Shown: positions 43,052-53,357 of the stretch, piece by piece
Layout: each line of letters begins with the position of its first letter
Position numbering within the stretch: the first letter of the stretch is position 1
Assembly (NCBI GenBank): GCA_023387935.1
Contig: JAEWHG010000131.1
Coordinates: 15,278-79,277 of the forward strand
From: Bacillota bacterium
GTDB taxonomy: Bacteria; Bacillota; Clostridia; Peptostreptococcales; Natronincolaceae
Direction of reading: 5' to 3'
DNA length: 64,000 nt
The notes under the pieces: generated by a model
The model's database searches: none
What the model was told of the DNA's origin: nothing
What the model saw: the letters and a program-made list of their open reading frames with translations, nothing else
Program-made: the position numbers and the translations under genes

Positions 43052-44066
43052 AGCTATTATTCCAATATTTATTCCTCATAGAGGTTGTCCTCACGACTGC
43101 AGTTTTTGTAACCAAAAAAAAATAGCGGGTACAGGAACAGATGTAACTGCAGATACGGTTTCTGAAATAATAAATGTGCAGCTAGAAAACCTAAAAAATA
43201 CAGATCGAATCAAGGAAATAGCCTTTTATGGAGGAAGTTTTACTGGTTTACCTAAGGAACAACAAAGACAGCTTTTAACCATTGCTTATGATAAGAAAAG
43301 TCGAGGTTTAATTGAGGATATTCGTATCTCAACAAGACCGGACTATATAGATGAAGAAATTCTTGACTTGTTGGTAGAGTATGGTGTTTCAATAATTGAA
43401 TTAGGTGTGCAATCTACAGATGATGATGTTTTAAAATTAAATAATAGAGGACATTCAAAAAAAGATGTATTTAGGGCTGTATCTTTAATAAAGGAAAGAA
43501 AAATTCAGCTTGGACTTCAGATGATGGTAGGATTATATGGGGATACGGAAAAAAAACTTCTAGATACAGCAAAGGATATTATTGATTGTAAACCTAATTT
43601 TGTTAGAATTTATCCAACTATAGTTATAAAAGATACTCTGTTAGAAAAGTTATATCTAGATGGTGATTACAGCCCAATCAGCCTTAATGAGGCTGTTTAT
43701 TTGTGTAAACAGCTAGTTTTAGAGTTTAACAAACATGAAATACCAATTATTCGCTTAGGTTTGCAGGCCACAGAGGAAATATCCGTTGGAAGAGGCGTTG
43801 TAGCAGGACCTTACCATCCTGCTTTTAGAGAAATTGTAGAAACTGAAATTTTTAAAGATACTATAGAAGATAAAATAATAAATAAGGGAAATCTACGCGA
43901 AAAAACCTTAATTATATACTGCAATCAAAAAGAATGCTCAAAGGTTTCGGGATACAATCAGTCTAATAAGCGTTACTTAGAAGATAAATATGGGTTTAAA
44001 AAGATTACAATTCTTCCTCGAAATAATATTTGTCAAGGGGATGTGGATATAGAGATAATACAATAA
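43038..44066 (+). CDS. Radical SAM protein (Elp3-like family, no acetyltransferase domain evident)
   Basis: IPIFIPH.GCPHDCSFC (CxxxCxxC), FYGGSFT, STRPD, ELGVQS, GPYHPAF. Confidence 0.85.
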   Translation: MRKSKAIIPIFIPHRGCPHDCSFCNQKKIAGTGTDVTADTVSEIINVQLENLKNTDRIKEIAFYGGSFTGLPKEQQRQLLTIAYDKKSRGLIEDIRISTRPDYIDEEILDLLVEYGVSIIELGVQSTDDDVLKLNNRGHSKKDVFRAVSLIKERKIQLGLQMMVGLYGDTEKKLLDTAKDIIDCKPNFVRIYPTIVIKDTLLEKLYLDGDYSPISLNEAVYLCKQLVLEFNKHEIPIIRLGLQATEEISVGRGVVAGPYHPAFREIVETEIFKDTIEDKIINKGNLREKTLIIYCNQKECSKVSGYNQSNKRYLEDKYGFKKITILPRNNICQGDVDIEIIQ

Positions 44067-44124
44067 TTATGTTAAAATATTTCAGTAGCTTTAATTTGTA
44101 GCATTAGTGCTTGGGGGGATATAT

Positions 44125-47100
44125 GTGCAACTTAAAAAATTAGAAATTCAGGGATTTAAGTCCTTTGCTAATAAAATAGAAATAAATTTTGAGTCTGGTA
44201 TTACAGGTGTTGTTGGTCCTAACGGTAGTGGAAAAAGTAATATTTCCGATTCGATACGCTGGGTGTTGGGAGAACAAAGCGCAAAAACACTCAGAGGAAG
44301 TAAGATGGAAGATGTTATCTTCTCAGGAACAGCTAATCGTAAACCACTAGGAATGGCAGAGGTGTCCATAACCTTGGATAATAGTGCTAAGACCTTGCCA
44401 ATAGATTATGATGAATTAAGAATTACAAGAAGGGTCTATAGATCGGGAGAGAGTGAATACTATTTAAATAAATCATCCTGTCGTCTCAAAGATGTACGAG
44501 AATTACTAATGGATACTGGTATTGGTAAGGATGGATATTCAATCATAGGACAAGGAAAAATAGATGAAATTTTAAGCAATAAATCTGAGGATCGAAGGCA
44601 AATTTTTGAAGAAGCCGCTGGAATAGTAAAGTATAAAACTAGAAAAGATGAGGCTGAGAAGAAACTTTCTTCAACAAAAGAAAATCTGTTGAGAGTTTTA
44701 GATATAATAAACGAGTTAGAAGGTCAATTAGGACCTTTGGAAAGACAAAGTAAAAAGGCCAAAGAATTTAAAGTGCTAAAAGAAAAATTATTAAAATTAG
44801 AAGTAAATCTTTTCATTAAAGAGATAGATAAAATAGATGGTGAATTAAAGCATATATATGAACAAATAAATGTGCTTAAAAAATCTATAGAAGAGCAACA
44901 AGGTGAAAAAAATATTTACAGTACGAACTTAGAAGAATTAGAGAATTTAATTAATCAGTGTAATGCTCAAATATCTGATAAACAGGATGAGTACTATAAT
45001 ATTCAAAAAAACATTGAAAAAATAGAAGGTCAAATTAATTTAAAAAAAGAACAATCAAATAATAACAATATAAATATTAAAAGAATCCAAATAGAAATAA
45101 AAGAAACTCAAGATGCCCAGGAACAAGTCTCTCTAAAACTAGAGGAAAAGCTAGGGGACTTTAAAGAAATCTGTTCTGAACTAGATAATATTAAAGAATA
45201 TCTTAACAATCAGGATCAGGAATATGCTGATTTATATGATATTAGTTCTAAAAGAGAAAAGGATGTAGAAGACTCTAAGGCTTTTATTATAGATACAATT
45301 AATGATATATCTGATCGGAAAAGTGAATCGAGAAGTTTAAAGACATTGTTAGATACAATGGAAGATAGATTGGAGCAGGTAAAGCTTGAGAATGATGGAT
45401 ATAAGAATAGAGTTTCGGAAAAAGAGAAAGAACTTAGTTGTCTTAAAGAGGATTTAAATAAATTAGAAACATACAGTAAAAGTATAGGGGAAAATATTAA
45501 CCAAAACACGGATAGGAAAAATGATTTAATTAAACATCTAAATAAAATCTCCATTGAGGTTAATGATCTTCAAAATAAACTTAGGAATAAGGAAACTAGA
45601 AAAAACATTATAGAAGAAATGGAAAAAGAGCATGAAGGTTTTAATAAAAGTGTAAAAAACATACTAAATGCTTGTAATAAAGACAAAGAGCTAGGAAATG
45701 GAATATTTGGAGCGGTTGCGGATCTAATTCAAGTACCAAAGGGATACGAAGTATCTGTAGAGACAGCCCTAGGGCCAGCGCTTCAACATATTGTAAGTAA
45801 GGAAGAGAAGGATGGTAAGCGGTTAATCGAATATTTAAAAAAATATAATTTAGGTAGAATTACAGTTCTTCCATTAACAACGATACAAGAAAGATATATT
45901 ACTAATGAAGAACTGAATATTATTAAAAGCTTTAAAGATTGTGAGATCGCTTTAAATGTGATTATATTTAATGAGGATTTCAAAAATATTTTTTCCAGCT
46001 TACTATCTAGAGTGCTTATTGTGCCGAACCTAGAAAAAGGAATAGAACTTGCTAAGCGACTTAAGCATAAATTTAAAATTGTAACACTAGATGGTGATAT
46101 TTTAAATATAGGAGGTTCGTTAACGGGAGGAAGTGTTTCTAGTAAGAGTACAAGCATTTTAGGTAGAAAAAGAGAACTAGAGGAATTAATTGATGAAATA
46201 GATACTGTTAAAAAACAGCTTATCATAAAAAACGAAGAATATTCAAATTTTGATAAAGAAATAAAAGAGGTCCTAGGTGAAATAGAATCCTTAAATGATA
46301 ACTTGCAGGAAAACAGAATAAAGATTGCTACAATAGGCAATAGCATTGAGCAATGTAACAAAGAGAGAATGGATATAAAAAATTTATACAATCATTCTGA
46401 AAATGAAATTAGACAAATAGAGAATACAAAAAAAGAGACTATAGGTAGGTATGCGAACATTGAAAATGAAATAAAAAATTTAGAATCAGAAATTGAAAAG
46501 ACTAAAGCTAAAGTAAGTTATAATCAGCGGGATTTAGTTGAGAAGAAGCAACAACTAGATCATATGAATAATATGCTAACTGGATATAAGGTTCAATTAG
46601 CTACTGCAGAGGAGCAAAAAAAATCATTTTTAATAGATATTGAGCGGTTACAAGAAATGATTAAGGATAATGAAAAAACTATATTAAATAAAGAAAATCA
46701 ATTAAAAGAGAATAGTAATACTAAAATATTATGTGAGAATGAAATTAATGCCTTAGATAAGGAATTGAAGGACTTATGGTCTAAATTGCAAGCATATGAG
46801 TCTGAATTAAAGAAGCATAGAAAGAATAAAGAAGATCATTTAGTTAAAGAAACAGAATATAAGAAATTATTAAAGCAAGTGGAGTCTATCTTGTTAGAGC
46901 TTCAGGATAGTATGCATAAATTGGATGTAAAAAGGACCAGATTAGAAATGCAACAGCAAAGTTATTATACTAAGCTTTGGGAAGAATATGAACTTACCTA
47001 TAATGAAGCTTTAAATCTTAAGGAAGAAATTCCTGATACTAGTAACGCTAGTAAAGAAATAAAAGTGCTTAAGGATAAGATAAAAGGACTCGGTACAGTC

Positions 47101-47709
47101 AACTTAGATTCTATAGATGAATATGAGAAGATAAGAGAAAGATATGATTTTCTAAAAGACCAACAGGAGGATTTGAATCAAGCACAGAAATCCTTGGTTA
47201 AAGTAATTAGTGATATGGAAATAACTATGCAAAAACAATTCTTAGATCAGTTTAAAATTATTAAAGAGAATTTCAACAATGTTTTTTCTAAGCTTTTTGG
47301 TGGTGGGAAAGCGGATTTGATTTTAGAGGATGAAGAAAATGTATTGGAATGTGGTATTGATATAATAGCTCAGCCACCAGGAAAAAAACTTCAAACATTA
47401 TCTCTTCTTTCAGGGGGAGAGAGAGCTTTAACAGCGATATCTTTATTATTTGCAATCTTGTTAGTAAAGCCAAGTCCATTTTGCATACTGGACGAGATAG
47501 AAGCAGCTCTGGATGATGCTAATGTATATAGATATGCTCAGTTTTTAGAAGAATTATCTAGTGATACTCAATTTATAGTTGTTACCCATAGAAAAGGAAC
47601 TATGGAAAGTGCTGATGCACTATATGGAGTAACCATGGAAGATAGCGGTGTTTCAAGTCTGGTTTCAGTAAAACTATCGGATAATAAAAAAGATGAAATA
47701 GCAAGTTAG
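44125..47709 (+). CDS. smc: Chromosome segregation protein SMC
   Basis: GFKSF, GPNGSGKSN, long coiled coils, hinge, LSGGE, LDEIEAALD; GTG start at 44125. Confidence 0.97.
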   Translation: MQLKKLEIQGFKSFANKIEINFESGITGVVGPNGSGKSNISDSIRWVLGEQSAKTLRGSKMEDVIFSGTANRKPLGMAEVSITLDNSAKTLPIDYDELRITRRVYRSGESEYYLNKSSCRLKDVRELLMDTGIGKDGYSIIGQGKIDEILSNKSEDRRQIFEEAAGIVKYKTRKDEAEKKLSSTKENLLRVLDIINELEGQLGPLERQSKKAKEFKVLKEKLLKLEVNLFIKEIDKIDGELKHIYEQINVLKKSIEEQQGEKNIYSTNLEELENLINQCNAQISDKQDEYYNIQKNIEKIEGQINLKKEQSNNNNINIKRIQIEIKETQDAQEQVSLKLEEKLGDFKEICSELDNIKEYLNNQDQEYADLYDISSKREKDVEDSKAFIIDTINDISDRKSESRSLKTLLDTMEDRLEQVKLENDGYKNRVSEKEKELSCLKEDLNKLETYSKSIGENINQNTDRKNDLIKHLNKISIEVNDLQNKLRNKETRKNIIEEMEKEHEGFNKSVKNILNACNKDKELGNGIFGAVADLIQVPKGYEVSVETALGPALQHIVSKEEKDGKRLIEYLKKYNLGRITVLPLTTIQERYITNEELNIIKSFKDCEIALNVIIFNEDFKNIFSSLLSRVLIVPNLEKGIELAKRLKHKFKIVTLDGDILNIGGSLTGGSVSSKSTSILGRKRELEELIDEIDTVKKQLIIKNEEYSNFDKEIKEVLGEIESLNDNLQENRIKIATIGNSIEQCNKERMDIKNLYNHSENEIRQIENTKKETIGRYANIENEIKNLESEIEKTKAKVSYNQRDLVEKKQQLDHMNNMLTGYKVQLATAEEQKKSFLIDIERLQEMIKDNEKTILNKENQLKENSNTKILCENEINALDKELKDLWSKLQAYESELKKHRKNKEDHLVKETEYKKLLKQVESILLELQDSMHKLDVKRTRLEMQQQSYYTKLWEEYELTYNEALNLKEEIPDTSNASKEIKVLKDKIKGLGTVNLDSIDEYEKIRERYDFLKDQQEDLNQAQKSLVKVISDMEITMQKQFLDQFKIIKENFNNVFSKLFGGGKADLILEDEENVLECGIDIIAQPPGKKLQTLSLLSGGERALTAISLLFAILLVKPSPFCILDEIEAALDDANVYRYAQFLEELSSDTQFIVVTHRKGTMESADALYGVTMEDSGVSSLVSVKLSDNKKDEIAS

Positions 47710-47719
47710 GAGGAGTACT

Positions 47720-49009
47720 ATGTTTAAAAAATTTATTAACAAGATTACAGGAAGAGATAAGGAAAAAGAAAAAAAATTACAGGAGGAAGTACAAGATAGG
47801 TATGATGCAGATCAAATAGAAGGAGTAGAAGAAATAGTAGACGTTAAAGAAAGCTTCGAAGAGGAAGTTGAAGAAAGATTTGATGAAAATATTGAGGAAG
47901 AAGTTATAGAAAACGTTGAAGGTAAAGCTGAGGAAGAAGCTGAAATAGAAATAGTAGAAGAACAAGCTGAAATATATGAAGAAGAAATGGAAGAAATAGT
48001 AGAAGTGCAAGATGAAATATATGAAGAAGAAGTAGAAGAAGATATTGAAAGTGATGAGAACACAGAAGAAATTCAAGAAACTAAACCTAAGTTTAATTTA
48101 TTTAATAGATTGAAGGAAGGACTTGCCAAAACAAAAAGTGGTATTACGGATAGAGTAGATAATCTACTTAAATCCTATAAGAAGATAGATGAAGATTTAT
48201 TTGAAGAGCTTGAAGAGATTTTAATAACATCAGATATTGGTGTTCAGACAACAATGGAAATAGTAGAAGATTTAAAAGCTAGGGTTAAAAAGGAAAAAGT
48301 AACTGATCCTTCTCAAGTAAAAAAACTACTTATGGATAAGCTAACAGAAATATTAGAAGAACTGCCGGATCCAAAGATTAACATTGAACCATCGCCAGCT
48401 ATTATTTTGGTAGTAGGTGTAAACGGTGTAGGAAAAACTACTTCTATTGGAAAAATGGCACATCGTTTTAAGAGCGAAGGTAAGAAGGTTTTACTAGCTG
48501 CTGGAGATACCTTTAGGGCAGCAGCCATTGATCAATTAAAAATTTGGGGGGACAGAGTTGGTGTAGATGTAATAAGACACCAAGAAGAGTCAGATCCTGC
48601 TGCGGTTATATATGATGCGATACAGGCTGCAAAGGCAAGAAATATTGACGTTCTAATTTGCGATACGGCAGGTAGGCTTCATAATAAAAAGAATTTGATG
48701 AATGAGCTAGGTAAAATATTTAAGGTGGTAGACCGAGAATACCAGGGTTCATCAAAGGAAATATTACTAGTACTAGATGCTACTACGGGCCAAAATGCTG
48801 TTCAACAAGCGAAAACTTTTAAAGAAGTAGCTCAAATTACGGGACTTATACTAACAAAGCTAGATGGAACTGCAAAGGGTGGAGTAGTTGTAGGAATAAG
48901 TAGGGAATTAGATGTTCCTGTTAAGCTGATTGGTGTAGGTGAAAAAATGGAAGACTTACAAGAATTCAATCCTAAAAGCTTTGTTAATGCAATATTTGGA
49001 GAAGAATAA
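47720..49009 (+). CDS. ftsY: SRP receptor FtsY with acidic N-terminal extension
   Basis: GVNGVGKTT, DTFRAAA, DTAGR, TKLDGTAKGG. Confidence 0.97.
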   Translation: MFKKFINKITGRDKEKEKKLQEEVQDRYDADQIEGVEEIVDVKESFEEEVEERFDENIEEEVIENVEGKAEEEAEIEIVEEQAEIYEEEMEEIVEVQDEIYEEEVEEDIESDENTEEIQETKPKFNLFNRLKEGLAKTKSGITDRVDNLLKSYKKIDEDLFEELEEILITSDIGVQTTMEIVEDLKARVKKEKVTDPSQVKKLLMDKLTEILEELPDPKINIEPSPAIILVVGVNGVGKTTSIGKMAHRFKSEGKKVLLAAGDTFRAAAIDQLKIWGDRVGVDVIRHQEESDPAAVIYDAIQAAKARNIDVLICDTAGRLHNKKNLMNELGKIFKVVDREYQGSSKEILLVLDATTGQNAVQQAKTFKEVAQITGLILTKLDGTAKGGVVVGISRELDVPVKLIGVGEKMEDLQEFNPKSFVNAIFGEE

Positions 49010-49017
49010 TAAAATAC

Positions 49018-49046
49018 TTGACACATGCTTATTTTTAGTATAAAAT
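49018..49046 (+). promoter_or_regulatory. sigmaA promoter for ylxM-ffh
   Basis: TTGACA-17 bp-TAAAAT. Confidence 0.75.
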
Positions 49047-49051
49047 AACTC

Positions 49052-49075
49052 CTGTAAAGCAAATATACTTTACAG
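49052..49075 (+). promoter_or_regulatory. Inverted repeat at the 5' end of the ylxM-ffh transcript
   Basis: CTGTAAAG-N8-CTTTACAG directly after the -10 box. Confidence 0.5.
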
Positions 49076-49097
49076 ATGATAAATAGGAAGTGCTGAT

Positions 49098-49466
49098 ATG
49101 TTACAAAAAACAGTTGAAATATCGGTTCTATATGATTTTTATAATCAATTATTAACTGAAAAGCAAAGAGACATAGTAGATCTTTATTATAATCAAGATC
49201 TATCCCTTGGTGAAATTGCTGAAGAATTTAATATATCGAGACAAGCTGTGTATGATATGTTAAAAAGAACAGAAAAGTTGCTGTATCAGTACGAAGAAAA
49301 AATAGGTTTTGTAAATTTATTGAAGATAAAAAATGAAAAAATATTAGAAATATTAGATAAAGTAATTGATTTAGAAAAGAACCTGGATTTAAGTTCTTGT
49401 TCGGAGCAATTACAAAAACAAATTAACGAAATAAAGATAGAATTAGATAGGTTTCTAAATACTTAA
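49098..49466 (+). CDS. ylxM: SRP accessory HTH protein YlxM
   Basis: [29 protein letters not shown]; upstream of ffh. Confidence 0.93.
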   Translation: MLQKTVEISVLYDFYNQLLTEKQRDIVDLYYNQDLSLGEIAEEFNISRQAVYDMLKRTEKLLYQYEEKIGFVNLLKIKNEKILEILDKVIDLEKNLDLSSCSEQLQKQINEIKIELDRFLNT

Positions 49467-49490
49467 GCCTTATTTAGGGGAGGTGTAAGG

Positions 49491-50837
49491 ATGGTTTTTG
49501 AAGGGTTAGCTGATAAACTGCAGGATACTTTTAAGCGATTAAAAAGTAAGGGTAAGTTAACAGAAAAAGATGTAACAGAAGCCATGAGGGAAGTAAAACT
49601 TGCACTTTTAGAGGCAGATGTTAACTTTAAAGTTGTTAAAGATTTTGTAAATAAGGTTAAGGAAAGATCTGTCGGAGTTGAGGTTTTAGAAAGCTTAACC
49701 CCAGGACAACAAGTAATTAAAATAGTAAATGAAGAGCTAACAGACTTAATGGGAAAAGCTCAAAGTAAAATTAATTTTTCATCTAAGCCACCTACTATTA
49801 TCATGCTAGTTGGACTTCAAGGTGCAGGTAAAACAACAACTACTGGTAAATTGGCTGGTATGTTGAAAAAACAAGGGAAAAGACCACTTTTAATAGCAGG
49901 AGATATATATAGGCCAGCGGCTATTAAACAGCTACAGGTTGTAGGAGAAAAAGTAGGAGTTCCTGTGTTTACAATGGGCGATAAACAAAGTCCTGTAGAT
50001 ATTGCTAAAGCAGGTATAGATCATGGTACTAACCATGGAAACGACGTAATTTTAATAGATACAGCTGGTAGACTTCATATTGATGAGGATCTTATGGGTG
50101 AGCTTCAGAATATAAAAACTTCTGTTAAGCCTCATGAAATTCTTTTAGTAGTAGATTCTATGACCGGTCAGGATGCTGTAAATGTAGCAGAGCATTTTAA
50201 TGAAAAATTAGGTATAGATGGTGTTATTTTAACAAAGCTAGACGGAGATACTCGAGGTGGTGCTGCTTTATCCGTTAGGGCAGTTACCAATAAACCAATT
50301 AAGTTTGCTGGACTTGGAGAAAAGTTAGATGACTTAGAGCCCTTTCATCCAGATCGAATGGCTTCGAGAATCTTGGGCATGGGAGATATGCTCAGTCTTA
50401 TAGAAAAGGCTCAAGAAAATTTCGATGCTAAAAAAGCGAAAGAGCTGGAAAATAAAATCAAAAATCAACAATTTACTTTCGATGATTTTCTTGATCAATT
50501 AGAGCAAGTACAACAGATGGGATCTATAAGTCAAATTCTTGAAATGATTCCTGGTATGGGCGGAAAGCAGCTTAAGGGATTAGATGTGGACGAAAAAGAA
50601 CTTGTCTATGTTAAAGCGATTATTCAATCCATGACAAAGAATGAGAGAGAAAATCCGAGTATAATTAATGGAAGTAGAAGGAAGAGAATTGCAACAGGTA
50701 GTGGCACTTCTGTGCAACAAGTAAATAAGCTACTAAAGCAATTTGATCAGACTAGAAAAATGATGAAACAGTTTGCAGATATGGGCAAATCCACGAAAAA
50801 AGGCGGAAAATTCAGGATGCCTTTCTTCGGTAAATAA
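49491..50837 (+). CDS. ffh: Signal recognition particle protein
   Basis: [21 protein letters not shown], Met-rich M domain, SRRKRIA.GSG. Confidence 0.97.
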   Translation: MVFEGLADKLQDTFKRLKSKGKLTEKDVTEAMREVKLALLEADVNFKVVKDFVNKVKERSVGVEVLESLTPGQQVIKIVNEELTDLMGKAQSKINFSSKPPTIIMLVGLQGAGKTTTTGKLAGMLKKQGKRPLLIAGDIYRPAAIKQLQVVGEKVGVPVFTMGDKQSPVDIAKAGIDHGTNHGNDVILIDTAGRLHIDEDLMGELQNIKTSVKPHEILLVVDSMTGQDAVNVAEHFNEKLGIDGVILTKLDGDTRGGAALSVRAVTNKPIKFAGLGEKLDDLEPFHPDRMASRILGMGDMLSLIEKAQENFDAKKAKELENKIKNQQFTFDDFLDQLEQVQQMGSISQILEMIPGMGGKQLKGLDVDEKELVYVKAIIQSMTKNERENPSIINGSRRKRIATGSGTSVQQVNKLLKQFDQTRKMMKQFADMGKSTKKGGKFRMPFFGK

Positions 50838-50866
50838 TAAGTTTTATTTTTGAAGGAGGTGAAAAA

Positions 50867-51112
50867 ATGGCAGTTAAAATTAGATTAAAAAGAATGGGTG
50901 CACACAAGAAACCTTTCTACAGAATAGTTGTTGCTGATGCAAGATCTCCAAGAGATGGAAGATTCATCGAGGAAATCGGTTATTATAATCCAGTTTCTGA
51001 GCCAAAGGAAATCAAAATAAACAATGAAAAAGCAGAAAAGTGGTTAAAAAATGGTGCTCAACCAACAGATACAGTAAAAGACTTATTTAAGAAGAATGGC
51101 ATCATTGAATAA
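50867..51112 (+). CDS. rpsP: 30S ribosomal protein S16
   Basis: [27 protein letters not shown]. Confidence 0.98.
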   Translation: MAVKIRLKRMGAHKKPFYRIVVADARSPRDGRFIEEIGYYNPVSEPKEIKINNEKAEKWLKNGAQPTDTVKDLFKKNGIIE

Positions 51113-51133
51113 TTCCTACTAGGGGGTATACAA

Positions 51134-51364
51134 ATGGGTCATTTAGTAGAAGTTATTGCTAAAGGATTAGTGGATAATCCTGACCAAGTTACTGTTACTG
51201 AAGTAGAAGGTAATCAATCGATTATTATAGAGCTTAGGGTTGCCCCAGATGATATGGGGAAGGTAATAGGTAAGCAGGGAAGGATTGCTAAGGCAATTAG
51301 AACAGTTGTCAAAGCAGCTGCTACAAAACAGAATAAAAGGGTAATTGTTGAAATTATTCAATAA
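51134..51364 (+). CDS. khpA: KH-domain RNA-binding protein KhpA (YlqC)
   Basis: LVDNP, DMGKVIGKQGRIAKAIRTVV. Confidence 0.94.
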   Translation: MGHLVEVIAKGLVDNPDQVTVTEVEGNQSIIIELRVAPDDMGKVIGKQGRIAKAIRTVVKAAATKQNKRVIVEIIQ

Positions 51365-51390
51365 GGATTAGGGAAACCTAGTCCTTATTA
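51360..51390 (+). terminator. Hairpin after khpA
   Basis: AATAAGGATTAGG-GAAA-CCTAGTCCTTATT. Confidence 0.6.
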
Positions 51391-51466
51391 TATATATACT
51401 AGTTTTGAGGATGGGTAGTGAGATTTTAATATTAAGGATATACAGTAGAAAAGGGTGTATGTATAT

Positions 51467-51970
51467 ATGGCAAAGATGCTAAGAGTAGGTAAAATAACGA
51501 ATACTCATGGGATAAAAGGGGATTTAAAAGTACTTCCTCTTACTGACTATATGGAGAGATTTGAGGAATTAGAGTGGGTTTATGTAGATGGATATAAAGA
51601 AAAGTTCTATATTGAAAATATAAAATATAAGCCTACTGTTGTTATTTTATCATTTAAGGGATATGAAGATATAAACTTAGTGGAAAAATTTAAGAATAAA
51701 TATTTACTTATCGATGAAACCCAACGAAGAGAACTGCCAGATGATACGCATTATATTTCTGATATTATTGGTTTAGAGGTATACACATTAAAAGAAGAAT
51801 ATATTGGCGTCGTAACAGATATAATTCAAACAGGTCCTACTGAAGTTTATGTTATTAAAGGAGAAAACAATAAAGAAATTATGATTCCGGCGGTTAAAAA
51901 ATTCATACCTGAAATTTCTTTAGAGAAGAGAAAGGTATTTATTGATCCCATTGAAGGAATGATAGAATGA
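51467..51970 (+). CDS. rimM: Ribosome maturation factor RimM
   Basis: VGKI.NTHGIKG, DIIGLEV, MIPAV; located between khpA and trmD. Confidence 0.94.
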   Translation: MAKMLRVGKITNTHGIKGDLKVLPLTDYMERFEELEWVYVDGYKEKFYIENIKYKPTVVILSFKGYEDINLVEKFKNKYLLIDETQRRELPDDTHYISDIIGLEVYTLKEEYIGVVTDIIQTGPTEVYVIKGENNKEIMIPAVKKFIPEISLEKRKVFIDPIEGMIE

Positions 51971-52713
51971 ATATAAAGGTTATGACTTTATTTCCTGAAA
52001 TGTTTTCAGGACCATTAGGCAATAGCATAATCCAGCGAGCAAGAGAAAATAATATCATAAACATAGATTGTATTAATATACGAGACTATGCGGAGAATAA
52101 GCATAAGAAAGTTGATGATTATCCATTTGGAGGAGGTCCAGGAATGGTAATGACTCCCCAACCTATTCTAGATTGCTATGATCATATAGTTCATGAGTTA
52201 GGTATGGAAGAAGGCAAAAAAACTAGAGTAATATATCTATCTCCAAAAGGAAAAACCTTCGATCAGGATATGGCTGTGGAACTTTCTAAAGAAAACTCTT
52301 TGATAATGCTTTGTGGTCATTATGAGGGAATTGATCAAAGAGTCATCGACGAGATTGTTACTGATGAAATATCCATTGGCGATTATGTATTAACTGGAGG
52401 AGAGATACCAGCAATGGTCATTATAGATGCTATATCTAGATTAATTCCGGGAGTGCTATCTCAAGATAAGTCCTTCGAGGAGGAAAGCTTTTACTCTGGA
52501 TTATTAGAATATCCACAATACACTAGACCAAGAGAATTTAGAGGGCGAATTGTTCCGGACATACTTACTTCTGGAAATCATAGTAAGATAGATGAATGGA
52601 GACGAAATAAATCTTTAGAGCTAACTTATGAAAGACGACCGGATCTTCTAAAACATGTAAATCTTAGTAAAAAGGATAAAGTATTCTTGGATCATATTAA
52701 AGAAAAAAAATAA
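51967..52713 (+). CDS. trmD: tRNA m1G37 methyltransferase
   Basis: TLFPEMF, VDDYPFGGGPGMV, CGHYEGIDQR, SIGDYVLTGGE, LLEYPQYTRP. Confidence 0.97.
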   Translation: MNIKVMTLFPEMFSGPLGNSIIQRARENNIINIDCINIRDYAENKHKKVDDYPFGGGPGMVMTPQPILDCYDHIVHELGMEEGKKTRVIYLSPKGKTFDQDMAVELSKENSLIMLCGHYEGIDQRVIDEIVTDEISIGDYVLTGGEIPAMVIIDAISRLIPGVLSQDKSFEEESFYSGLLEYPQYTRPREFRGRIVPDILTSGNHSKIDEWRRNKSLELTYERRPDLLKHVNLSKKDKVFLDHIKEKK

Positions 52714-52736
52714 GTATTATATTCACAAATTATATG

Positions 52737-52765
52737 TTGTTATATTAATATAGCTATGATATAAT
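52737..52765 (+). promoter_or_regulatory. sigmaA promoter for rplS
   Basis: TTGTTA-17 bp-TATAAT with extended TG. Confidence 0.65.
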
Positions 52766-52779
52766 GTACAAGGTAGAAC

Positions 52780-52816
52780 GGACGGTCCTCTATATAAAAC
52801 AAACATATGAACGTCT
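52780..52816 (+). ncRNA. L19 ribosomal protein leader (cis-regulatory)
   Basis: GACGGTCCTCT...ATGAACGTC closing stem between promoter and rplS RBS, matching my recollection of the Firmicute L19_leader. Confidence 0.7.
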
Positions 52817-52837
52817 ATGAAGGAAGGAGGTATAATT

Positions 52838-53188
52838 ATGGATATATTAAAAACACTTACAAACGAACAATTGAAGAGTAATGTTCCTAACTTTAGTACT
52901 GGTGATACTGTTAAAGTACACGTTAAGATTAAAGAGGGTACAAGAGAAAGAATTCAGATATTTGAAGGTATTGTAATTAAGAGACAAGGTGGAGGAATAG
53001 CTGAAACTTTTACTGTTAGAAGAATAGCTTCTGGAGTAGGAGTAGAAAGAACATTCCCAGTTCATTCTCCTAGAGTTGAAAAGGTTGAAGTGGTAAGAAG
53101 TGGTCAAGTTAGAAGAGCGAGACTTTACTATCTACGTGATAGAATTGGTAAGGCTGCATTCAAAATTAAAGAGAAGAAGAAATATTAA
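52838..53188 (+). CDS. rplS: 50S ribosomal protein L19
   Basis: [39 protein letters not shown]. Confidence 0.98.
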   Translation: MDILKTLTNEQLKSNVPNFSTGDTVKVHVKIKEGTRERIQIFEGIVIKRQGGGIAETFTVRRIASGVGVERTFPVHSPRVEKVEVVRSGQVRRARLYYLRDRIGKAAFKIKEKKKY

Positions 53189-53191
53189 TGC

Positions 53192-53223
53192 AAAGGGACT
53201 GATATTCAGTCCCTTTATTGTTT
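53192..53223 (+). terminator. Terminator after rplS
   Basis: AAAGGGACTGA-TAT-TCAGTCCCTTT. Confidence 0.75.
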
Positions 53224-53357
53224 ATAATATATAGGAAATTATGAACTTTGTAAAACTGTATAAAGCCATAATATCCGTACTGTGTTACAACAAAATTAAC
53301 ACTAAAAATTTTTCAAAAGATTTTGTTATAATATATACTGTGGAAGGAGTGGGAATA

